A DNA stretch of 46,590 bases, from assembly GCA_964344165.1 (NCBI GenBank), contig CAYFMH010000002.1, positions 1 to 46,590 of the forward strand, written 5' to 3'. The notes beneath the pieces were generated by a model. The model saw only the letters and a program-made list of their open reading frames with translations. It had not been told where the DNA came from and did not search any database. Source of the DNA: an uncultured Candidatus Peribacteria bacterium (GTDB taxonomy: Bacteria > Patescibacteriota > Gracilibacteria > UBA4473). The translations under genes and the position numbers were made by a program. Positions within the stretch are counted from its first letter, which is position 1. Each line of letters starts with the position of its first letter. Shown here one piece after another: positions 8,480 through 16,409 of this stretch.

Positions 8480-9745
8480 TTAATTGGCCAATTGTCCGCC
8501 TCTGGCAAAAGTGTCTCGAGGTCGGCCTTTGAGGATCTGAGCTCGCCAAGGTCTATAATCTGATTCGAGAAGATCTTCTGAAATAGTTCCGTCTTGATAA
8601 GTAATTTCTCGTTTCCATTCGGCGCGGAGCCCGTTGTGAGCATCTGAGATCCATTTGGTTTGGCCTGGAGCGAGCGAGTCGGTCATGGTGACACGAGGGC
8701 CGTCAGAGGGGGGAGTTATTTTTGAGATAAAAGGACCTTCCGTCACCACCTTCCTCTGATCATGGGTTCCATAAAAAGTGAAGAACAAATTGTCTCCCTC
8801 TACAAAAGCTTGGACCAAAATATCTCCTGGGGTGTTATTTTTTACAACTAGATCTTGCCCCCCTAGATAAATAGTAGCGTCCAATCCGATTGGTTTATAG
8901 TAGGGGACCGTGTAGGAGTGGCTTCTCCGATCCAAGATTGGTAACCCTCCAAAATAAGCCGCTCGAAAAAGCGTGGTGGATACCTGGCAGGTTCCTCCTC
9001 CGAGTTCTTTTTTGAGATCATTTCCGAGGATCACGAGCTCTCGGACAAATCCGTCTTTTTCGGACACGTTTTTGAGCGTGTGATTAAAAGAAAAGTTTTC
9101 GTTTTGTTTAATCACTTTTCCATTAAACTTTCGGGCGGCAGCTCGGATATTTTGTCGTCGTTGATCAGAAGATCCGGTGAAGTTTGATTTTCCGATGGCG
9201 ATGATTTCTTGTACACCTCGACCTTTTAGCTGCAGGTCAGCAACGATCACTTCAGAAAATATTTTTTGAGAAGGGACTCGGACATTCTTTTTGCCGGTTT
9301 TTCGGGATTTTTCGAGGAGTTGGATCAATTTTTCTTCATCGATTTGTGGACCTTCGAGCGGAGTTCCATCAAAAATAATTTCGTTGTATTCATTTCGATC
9401 GATCACGACGGCACTGTTTTTTACTCCGTCGATGGCGAGCGCATCATTGAGGAAGTTGTGAAGGCCTGTCGGGGAGATTTTTGTCTGGAAAACCGTTTCA
9501 ATTTCAAAAAGGTCGTTTTTTTCTTTTACCAGGGCTCCATTGAGATCCATGGGAATTCGAAGTGAGCCCATCTGTATAAAGTGTTGCGGTTCCCACCGGA
9601 GAAGTTCTGGTTGGGCCTTAAAGTTCAGCGTCATATTTCGGTCATCAAAAATAAGGTTTATTTCTTTGGATGCATCGTTTTCAACCGCGGCGAAGGTGGC
9701 CAACGGAAAAAGCAATAATCCAAACCATAAACATATTTTTTTCAT
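8480..9745 (-). CDS. VanW family protein (secreted)
   Basis: N-terminal signal peptide. VanW-type block GGGTCQVSTTLFRAAYFGGLPILDRRSHSYTVPYYKPIGLDATIY. Confidence 0.85.
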   Translation of the reverse strand: MKKICLWFGLLLFPLATFAAVENDASKEINLIFDDRNMTLNFKAQPELLRWEPQHFIQMGSLRIPMDLNGALVKEKNDLFEIETVFQTKISPTGLHNFLNDALAIDGVKNSAVVIDRNEYNEIIFDGTPLEGPQIDEEKLIQLLEKSRKTGKKNVRVPSQKIFSEVIVADLQLKGRGVQEIIAIGKSNFTGSSDQRRQNIRAAARKFNGKVIKQNENFSFNHTLKNVSEKDGFVRELVILGNDLKKELGGGTCQVSTTLFRAAYFGGLPILDRRSHSYTVPYYKPIGLDATIYLGGQDLVVKNNTPGDILVQAFVEGDNLFFTFYGTHDQRKVVTEGPFISKITPPSDGPRVTMTDSLAPGQTKWISDAHNGLRAEWKREITYQDGTISEDLLESDYRPWRAQILKGRPRDTFARGGQLAN

Positions 9746-9935
9746 CGGTTTATTTTACTCCAAAAAAAAGGAAAAGTAAATAATTTATACCCTTTTTTTG
9801 GTTATTTTAATCGATAAACGCAAATTTAAAAATCTATTTAACAAAAAAATCTCGCCCCAACAAAAAATTATAAAAAATGTTCCTTAATATTTTTTCTCGT
9901 TCTTTTTGAAATAAATATTTATAGTGGGAATGGAA

Positions 9936-10991
9936 ATGCTTCAAAAATTATCCCTTTTTGATTTTCGAAACTACGCAGAGCGACACTTTGAATTTGAGCG
10001 AAAAGTGGTTTTTTGGGGCGAAAATGGAAGAGGGAAAACGAATATCCTCGAAGCAATATCTCTCCTGAGCGTAGGGAAAAGCTGGCGTGAGAAATCGGCT
10101 ACGGATCTCATTATGGAAGGCAAAGGTTCAGCGATGATCCAGGGGACTGATTTTGAAAAAAATCTTTTGAAAGTTCAGATTCAGCCCCGGAGTCGAATGT
10201 TTCAGAAAAACGAAAAAAAGATTCCACTCAAAAAATATTTTGGGATTCTGCCGACTTTGCTTTTTGTTCCAGAACATCTGCATCTTTTTTCTGGAACCAA
10301 GACGGCGCGACAGCAATACTTCGATCGGTTTCTCGCTCAGATTTTGCCGACGTATCGAGATCATTTGTTGCGTGCCAATCGGGCTCGTAAACAAAAAAAC
10401 GCCATTTTGAAAGCTTACCGAGATGAGTTTCCTCATTTTCCCTACGAACAGATATTGCCCTGGAATGAGATCCTGGCCGAAGTGATTCCGGCGATTTGGA
10501 AAGAACGAAGTGAATTTTTAACCCAGATCAACCCGGTCCTGCAGGCAGAACTTGAAAAAATCTCTGCGGTCGCTGACCCGATAAAAATTGCATTGGAAAC
10601 CCCGGAAGAATTTGAACCGACTTCATCAGGAGTACTAGCATTTTTTGAAAAAAATAAAGAACGAGAAGCGGCGGCCGGGAAGTGCCTGCTTGGGCCACAT
10701 CGAGATGATTTTGCGTTCTTTTTTCGAGACAAGCCACTTTTGTCCTCGGCCAGTCGAGGGGAGGAGCGGTCGGTTTTGCTCGCCCTTTTGTCTGCCAAAA
10801 AAAAACTGCTTCAGGATACCCTGGGGCAATTACCCATTTTGCTTTTAGACGATGTTTTTTCCGAGCTTGATGCGAAGCGGCAGGGCTATTTGGAGCAGAT
10901 CTGTGGAGAAGCACAGGTGTTTTTTACGACCACTCATGAGGCGCACTTTGAGCAATTTGAGGACGGGGTGCAGAAGTTTGAGATTAAATAA
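9936..10991 (+). CDS. recF: DNA replication and repair protein RecF
   Basis: LSLFDFRNY, Walker A GENGRGKTN, signature-like SRGEERSVLLALL, Walker B ILLLDDVFSELD. Alternative starts at 9924 (GTG) and 9930. Confidence 0.9.
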   Translation: MLQKLSLFDFRNYAERHFEFERKVVFWGENGRGKTNILEAISLLSVGKSWREKSATDLIMEGKGSAMIQGTDFEKNLLKVQIQPRSRMFQKNEKKIPLKKYFGILPTLLFVPEHLHLFSGTKTARQQYFDRFLAQILPTYRDHLLRANRARKQKNAILKAYRDEFPHFPYEQILPWNEILAEVIPAIWKERSEFLTQINPVLQAELEKISAVADPIKIALETPEEFEPTSSGVLAFFEKNKEREAAAGKCLLGPHRDDFAFFFRDKPLLSSASRGEERSVLLALLSAKKKLLQDTLGQLPILLLDDVFSELDAKRQGYLEQICGEAQVFFTTTHEAHFEQFEDGVQKFEIK

Positions 10992-11012
10992 ATGGGGCGG
11001 CTTGTGTAAGTA

Positions 11013-11040
11013 TTGACAAAAAAACTTTCATCATTATTAT
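11013..11040 (+). promoter_or_regulatory. Sigma70-like promoter
   Basis: TTGACA (11013-11018), 16-nt spacer, TATTAT (11035-11040). Confidence 0.35.
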
Positions 11041-11132
11041 GACATAGGTAGTCAAGTTCTGTTTCTGGCTTTCGAGCATGGGGATAGACGATGATTGTAA
11101 TGATCTTTTTGGAAACGAGAAAGGAACGTGTC

Positions 11133-11720
11133 ATGGCTGAAAAAGGACTGAAGAGTTGGTGGGGGGAGCTCGGAAGTGAGGGGAAAGCAGTCGTTCTGTG
11201 TGTCTTCGTCGTTGTCTGTATCGTCATAGGAACCCCTACCTATGGCTATTACGATAATCAGCAGGCTTGGGAGGAATATGCGCCTGCATTCGCTCAATAC
11301 GAAAAGAACACAGGGTATCTCACGACCAACATAACTCCACTAGGGGAGGAGCTTTGGGAGTCCACAGAGTTGGAGAGTGCTCGAAACCTAATCGGGGAAC
11401 TTCTTCCGGTCATGGAAGGACGGGTAGAAAAGCAGTTGATTGCCAAACTTCGATGGAGTGATCGACTGCTTGCGAAGGCGGAGCAGAGCCAACTGGCCAT
11501 TGACGACAAGACAGCATTGAGTTTTGCTAAGGCAATGGGCTCCACTATAACTTCGTTCAAGTATGAAAAACCGCAGGAACCCGCTCCTCTTTGGTTGGCA
11601 CTGATCGGTTGGCTGGCGATTGGCGTCATAGCGGCAGTGGTATTTATTTGGGTGGGAATTTTCTTGTACGACAAAATCGAAAACCTTATATTTTCCTGGA
11701 GAGCTGCCCGCCAAAACTGA
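11133..11720 (+). CDS. Hypothetical membrane protein with two TM segments
   Basis: ATG at 11133 with AAAGGA about 8 nt upstream. Hydrophobic segments VVLCVFVVVCIVIG and LWLALIGWLAIGVIAAVVFIWVGIFL. Followed by a terminator. Confidence 0.6.
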   Translation: MAEKGLKSWWGELGSEGKAVVLCVFVVVCIVIGTPTYGYYDNQQAWEEYAPAFAQYEKNTGYLTTNITPLGEELWESTELESARNLIGELLPVMEGRVEKQLIAKLRWSDRLLAKAEQSQLAIDDKTALSFAKAMGSTITSFKYEKPQEPAPLWLALIGWLAIGVIAAVVFIWVGIFLYDKIENLIFSWRAARQN

Positions 11721-11760
11721 GCTCTGCTTCTCCTGATTTCAAAAAAAGATCATTCTCCTC

Positions 11761-11808
11761 GCGCCGGCCTACGGGTCGGCGCATTTTCTTTTTGCGTCTT
11801 TTTTTTGA
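11761..11808 (+). terminator. Rho-independent terminator
   Basis: gcgccg...cggcgc GC-rich hairpin followed by attttctttttgcgtctttttttt. Confidence 0.6.
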
Positions 11809-12005
11809 CTTTTTCGTGGAGGGTGGTTTTGTGATCAAAAGAAAGATCAATTTTGGCACGAAAAACGACAAAACTTCCCGAAATTTTGAAACTCTTGCCA
11901 CCGTTTTTATGACTTTTTGGAAAAAAACTCAAAAAAACTTTTTCTCTGAAATCGCTTATTTATGCACTTAAATCGGATAGGTGTGAAAAATTACTCAATT
12001 TTTTA

Positions 12006-12033
12006 TTGACAAAGTGTATTTTTTTTGTATAAA
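12006..12033 (+). promoter_or_regulatory. Sigma70-like promoter
   Basis: TTGACA (12006-12011), 16-nt spacer ending in TG, TATAAA (12028-12033). Confidence 0.4.
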
Positions 12034-12065
12034 ATATTTTGCTAATATTTAAATTCAAGAGATTT

Positions 12066-12971
12066 ATGGAAAAAATTAGAGATTCTTATACAGAAACAAT
12101 TGATTTCATACAAAGAGAGTTATATATGCCCCTGGAAGAAGCGGAACAGTTTTTGGAGTTAACAGAATTGAATATTGAAAGTGGAAAAACTATTCAATCA
12201 GAAAGGGCTAAAATAGTAGATCATATTTTGGGAGTTGAAAATGCTTATTCTGATTGGACTGATGAAGTAGCAGTGGCCAAAAGAAAAGTAACGCTAAATG
12301 ATGCTCGTTTTTCAGATTTCCCTCAGTATTTATTTGATGAAGAAATGCAGAACATCAGTGCAGTAGAGATTGCAGCATATACAAAATTAAGAGAAACCTG
12401 GCCTGATTTGGATGAAACAAGTGACAAAATAATTGAGATGTTTTGGCAGGGTTGGGATAGGTTAGCGGCAGAGGAAACTGAAAATGGAGGTATTGATATT
12501 AGAGATCTGTTTAATTTTTTAACAAATTTTATGTATTTTTCTTGTTATCGCGAAGGTTCTTTTAGGCTTTTAAATAGGTTGAGTATAAGTTTGCATGAAA
12601 ATGGAAGCAAGTTTGGATCATTAGCTTCAAAAATAAACCTTCAAGAATTTGCTTCAATGGAATTGAAGGATGGAGAATCTCAGTGGATTTCATTTACTCC
12701 TCCTGAAGAATTCAACGGTTATAGAGGAGTTGAAAATGTGGTTGAAGTGTATAGATATGTTCCTGTGCGTGGTCGTTTGAAGCTTCGAATAGTATTACAA
12801 AAAGGACAAAAATCTGGAGAATTAGATGGTGGTCAGATGAGAGTGTTGCTAATGGGAGATGAGAATGATATGGAAGACAAAGCTAAAGCCGAAGAAAATG
12901 GATGGTTGAGAACTCAGGAAGAATTAGTTAGATTAGATTTTAAAGATAGGGTGTTTCAAGCATGTGATTGA
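12066..12971 (+). CDS. Hypothetical protein (301 aa)
   Basis: Long ATG ORF, AT-rich. No recognisable motif. Confidence 0.6.
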   Translation: MEKIRDSYTETIDFIQRELYMPLEEAEQFLELTELNIESGKTIQSERAKIVDHILGVENAYSDWTDEVAVAKRKVTLNDARFSDFPQYLFDEEMQNISAVEIAAYTKLRETWPDLDETSDKIIEMFWQGWDRLAAEETENGGIDIRDLFNFLTNFMYFSCYREGSFRLLNRLSISLHENGSKFGSLASKINLQEFASMELKDGESQWISFTPPEEFNGYRGVENVVEVYRYVPVRGRLKLRIVLQKGQKSGELDGGQMRVLLMGDENDMEDKAKAEENGWLRTQEELVRLDFKDRVFQACD

Positions 12972-13010
12972 TAAAAATTTTGTTTAAACTGGCGCAGTTT
13001 ATACGTTTTT

Positions 13011-13039
13011 TTGACTTTTTTATTAAAGATAAATACATT
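13011..13039 (+). promoter_or_regulatory. Sigma70-like promoter of hicB-hicA-lgt, giving a near-leaderless transcript
   Basis: TTGACT (13011-13016), 17-nt spacer, TACATT (13034-13039). The hicB ATG lies only 10 nt downstream. Confidence 0.35.
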
Positions 13040-13048
13040 TTAATCACA

Positions 13049-13255
13049 ATGAATATCTCTTACGTCATTTGGGCAGAAGACAATGGGTTTGTGATCCGTT
13101 GTTTGGAATATCCAGTTGTCACCCAAGGCAATACCAAAGAAGATGCGATTGAAAGTTTGAAGGAGGCGGTTGAATTATATCTCGAAGAAGAGAGTGATTT
13201 TGAGTCGCGTTCGATTGAAAATTTTGAAACTGGTAAACTTCTTGTTAATGCCTAA
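13049..13255 (+). CDS. hicB: HicB-family antitoxin (UPF0150-like)
   Basis: 68 aa: YVIWAEDNGFVIRCLEYPVVTQGNTKEDAIESLKEAVELYLEE. Overlaps the hicA start by 8 nt. Confidence 0.75.
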   Translation: MNISYVIWAEDNGFVIRCLEYPVVTQGNTKEDAIESLKEAVELYLEEESDFESRSIENFETGKLLVNA

Positions 13256-13469
13256 AAGATATTCTTCAAAACAGATATTAAAAGTTCTTCGCATTGTGGG
13301 GTTTGAGATTGTTCATCAAAAAGGTTCGCACATAAAACTTCGAAATACAGAAGGGTTAACAACTATTGTAAAAGCAAATCAAAAAATTATTCGGCAGGGA
13401 ACTTTTTTGGAAATTTTAAAACAAACTAATTTGACAAAGGAGGTATTTGAAAAGCTTTTAAAACAATGA
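13248..13469 (+). CDS. hicA: HicA-family mRNA interferase toxin
   Basis: 73 aa: SSKQILKVLRIVGFEIVHQKGSHIKLRN (the G-S-H motif of HicA/YcfA). Confidence 0.8.
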   Translation: MPKRYSSKQILKVLRIVGFEIVHQKGSHIKLRNTEGLTTIVKANQKIIRQGTFLEILKQTNLTKEVFEKLLKQ

Positions 13470-14218
13470 ATTTTGCGCAGCTTTCTTTCGGAATTTTTAG
13501 TCTAAAAATCTACGGGATTCTTATTGCCCTTGCCTTCGTAGTGTCATCCTACCACTTCTATCACACGCTCAAAAAAAAGAGCGTGTTGGTGGATTTCTTT
13601 TTGCATCATTATTGGCGATGGGTCCTGGGAGGAATTGTGGTGGGGCGATTGGTGGCCGTAGCGCTGGAGCCAAGCATTATTTTAGAAAACGGAATTTATT
13701 TCTTTTTTGCCTTTTGGAAAGGCGGAATAAATTTTTTGGGAACACTTTTTGGTTTTCTTGGGATTGCTCGTTGGGATCTAAAGGTTCATGGATACACTTT
13801 TTCTCAATGGATTGATCTGGCGATTCCATCCATGCTGATCGGGATTATTATTACTGACTTGGCGGCATTTCTCACTGGAGCAACCTATGGAAAAGAAACG
13901 GCGTTGCCCTGGGGAGTGCAGTATGAAACCTTTGGAGTGGATATTCTTAATCCCGTTCATCCCGTGAGCTTGTACGCTTTGATCATCCATGTGTGGTTGC
14001 TCTATTGGACGAAGGCCAGGATGTCGGTTTTTGAAAAAATACCCGAAAAATTAGCTATTTGGACGGGACTATTATTTTTAAGCGCTGATTTTTTACTTCG
14101 CTTTCTCTACGGAGATGAAGCCTATCTCGTCTTTGGCTATTTGCGATGGGAACAGGTATTGGATTTGTTTTGTATTGTTTTTTTGATCTGGAGAGGGAGA
14201 AAAAAAGGAGTATTTTAG
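13466..14218 (+). CDS. lgt: Prolipoprotein diacylglyceryl transferase
   Basis: Polytopic membrane protein with GATYGKETALPWGV and VHPVSLYALI (HPxxLYE-like). ATGA overlap with the hicA stop. Confidence 0.8.
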   Translation: MNFAQLSFGIFSLKIYGILIALAFVVSSYHFYHTLKKKSVLVDFFLHHYWRWVLGGIVVGRLVAVALEPSIILENGIYFFFAFWKGGINFLGTLFGFLGIARWDLKVHGYTFSQWIDLAIPSMLIGIIITDLAAFLTGATYGKETALPWGVQYETFGVDILNPVHPVSLYALIIHVWLLYWTKARMSVFEKIPEKLAIWTGLLFLSADFLLRFLYGDEAYLVFGYLRWEQVLDLFCIVFLIWRGRKKGVF

Positions 14219-14291
14219 GTGAGTGAATTATGAATGCGGAATTAAGAATTATGAATTTTAAATTCAAGATTAAAAATTCAAGTTTCAAGTT

Positions 14292-15251
14292 TTAGAAGAG
14301 GTGAAAGAGTTTGCCGATAAAAAAAGCGTAAAAAATAATGAGTAGGCCGCCTTCCCAGCGGGTGATTTGTTTGTCTTGGGTAATGAAAAAATAAAGAAAA
14401 GTTGAAGCTAACATAATAGGAAGACTAAAAGCAATAATCTCTGCCGGGATGGTAATGGCTCCGATAAATGAAGGAATTCCCATTACCACAAAAGAATTAA
14501 AAATATTAGATCCTAAGACATTTCCGACGGCCATTTCGGCATTTCCTTTTTTTGCAGCACTGATACTGACCATCATTTCTGGGAGAGATGTTCCGAGGGC
14601 GACGGCACTGAGGGCTATGACTTCTTTTCCGATATTTAATATGTTTGAAAGATTGATGATGGAGTCGATGGTGAATTTCGCTCCTAAAAAGATAAAAATA
14701 GCACTTAATACCAAGATAACTGGAGTGTGCCATTCGAGCTTGTTCTTAGTTTTAAAAATACTTTTTAGTTTACTGCTGAGTCCTTTGTTTTCATCACTTG
14801 TGCTTTTGACCGTGTACATAAGGTAGAGAAAAATTCCAGCCATGCAGAGGATTCCTTCCTGCCAAGTAAAAACTCCATCCCAGATGGTGGCGGCCAAGAG
14901 AAAAGCCGATCCAATCAATAAGGGCAGATCTACGTGAATTAGTTCGTAGCTGATATCCAGTCTTTTTGCGAGGATGGCGACCACTCCTATGATGAGGAGA
15001 ATATTGGCGATATTGGAACCGATCACATTTCCGGGGACGATCTCAGAGGCTCCTGCTTGTACGGCAATGATAGAGGAGACCAGTTCTGGTAAGGAAGTTC
15101 CAAGAGCCACAATGGTTACTCCGACAATAAAAGCTGGGATTCCAAAATAGAGTCCAATCTTTTCAGCAGAAACAGTGAAATAGTCGGATGCTTTTATCAG
15201 TACCGTTAAGCTTACAATGAAGAGGGCCAGATGAGGGATTAATTCTAACAT
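14292..15251 (-). CDS. CaCA-family cation/Ca2+ antiporter (YrbG-like)
   Basis: Two alpha-repeats: GTSLPELVSSI with GNVIGSNIANI, and GTSLPEMMVSI with GNVLGSNIFN. Confidence 0.9.
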   Translation of the reverse strand: MLELIPHLALFIVSLTVLIKASDYFTVSAEKIGLYFGIPAFIVGVTIVALGTSLPELVSSIIAVQAGASEIVPGNVIGSNIANILLIIGVVAILAKRLDISYELIHVDLPLLIGSAFLLAATIWDGVFTWQEGILCMAGIFLYLMYTVKSTSDENKGLSSKLKSIFKTKNKLEWHTPVILVLSAIFIFLGAKFTIDSIINLSNILNIGKEVIALSAVALGTSLPEMMVSISAAKKGNAEMAVGNVLGSNIFNSFVVMGIPSFIGAITIPAEIIAFSLPIMLASTFLYFFITQDKQITRWEGGLLIIFYAFFIGKLFHLF

Positions 15252-15293
15252 TATATGGGGGTTAAATTTTAAGTAGATTTATCATACCCCTCA

Positions 15294-16193
15294 TTATGCG
15301 TTTTGGATAATTTTTTTAAAAGATTCGGGGAGAGGCGATTTAATTTTTGTCACATCTCCATTTTTGTCAGGATCTGGAAATTTTAATGAAGTCGCGTGAA
15401 GGAAGATGCGTTCCGCTTTTTTGCCTCCATATTTTTCATCCCCGAGGATGGGGTATCCAATAGCGCTCAGATGGACCCTGATTTGATGAGTTCGTCCGGT
15501 TGGGATTTTTACCTTTAATAAGGTGTGGTCTTTATTTGATTCTTCAACTTGGAAATAAGTGATGGCCTCTTTCGCTTTTTCTTCTTTTGAGACTGCCATC
15601 TTTTTTCGATCTTTTTGATCTCGGAGTATGCCCCCTTCTATTTTTCCTTTTTGAGGAGGATTCCCTTGGACGATGGCGTAGTATTCTTTTTCTACTTGGG
15701 GCCAGTTTTTTTGGAGATAGCGATGAGTCGGATCAGATTTGGCAACCAGGAGAATTCCGGAAGTAGTTTTGTCTAGTCTGTGAACAATTCCCGGGCGGGG
15801 ACATTTCTCATTTTCTATATTTGATAAGTTTTTTCCCAAATGAGCTATGAGAGCATTGGTAATGGTGTGGTTTGTTTTTTCTGAGGCAGATGGATGTACA
15901 GAGATATCTATTGGCTTTTCAATAGCCAGCCAGTTTTTTGATTCCTTTATTATATGGAGTGGGTGTTCCCAAGGGGACAGGTCAGAGATTGTAGTTGTTT
16001 TGGAAGGGAGGGTGATGGTCCATGTTTCTCCCTCTTTTACTTTTGTTTTCCCGGTTTTTTTGATCCCTTCGCAAAAAAATTTTCCAGATGTCTGCCATTT
16101 GGTTCGAGAGAATTGGGGGAATTTTTTGTGACACAAAACTTCGATTCGTTGTCCAACTTCTTTGAGAGATATTTTTATGTTTTCTTTGGTCAT
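15294..16193 (-). CDS. RluA-family 23S rRNA pseudouridine synthase (RluD-like)
   Basis: Catalytic motif HRLDKTTSGILLVAK, C-terminal TGRTHQIRVHL, S4-like N-terminus. Confidence 0.9.
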   Translation of the reverse strand: MTKENIKISLKEVGQRIEVLCHKKFPQFSRTKWQTSGKFFCEGIKKTGKTKVKEGETWTITLPSKTTTISDLSPWEHPLHIIKESKNWLAIEKPIDISVHPSASEKTNHTITNALIAHLGKNLSNIENEKCPRPGIVHRLDKTTSGILLVAKSDPTHRYLQKNWPQVEKEYYAIVQGNPPQKGKIEGGILRDQKDRKKMAVSKEEKAKEAITYFQVEESNKDHTLLKVKIPTGRTHQIRVHLSAIGYPILGDEKYGGKKAERIFLHATSLKFPDPDKNGDVTKIKSPLPESFKKIIQNA

Positions 16194-16409
16194 AGAAAGA
16201 ATGAGCAGAAGTAATATTTGATATTTTTTTTATATAATATCATTTTTTTTGTAAGACTTCCATAAAAAAAGAGTCAAAAAATTTCCCCCTCAAAAAAATT
16301 GTATATATAATCCATCCTGTAAATTCTTCAGATATCGGAGATTAGGCGGGATTCTTAGTGAATTTTTAAAAAAAACGCCCCCGAATTTAATTCCTAAAAC
16401 CAATTTACA

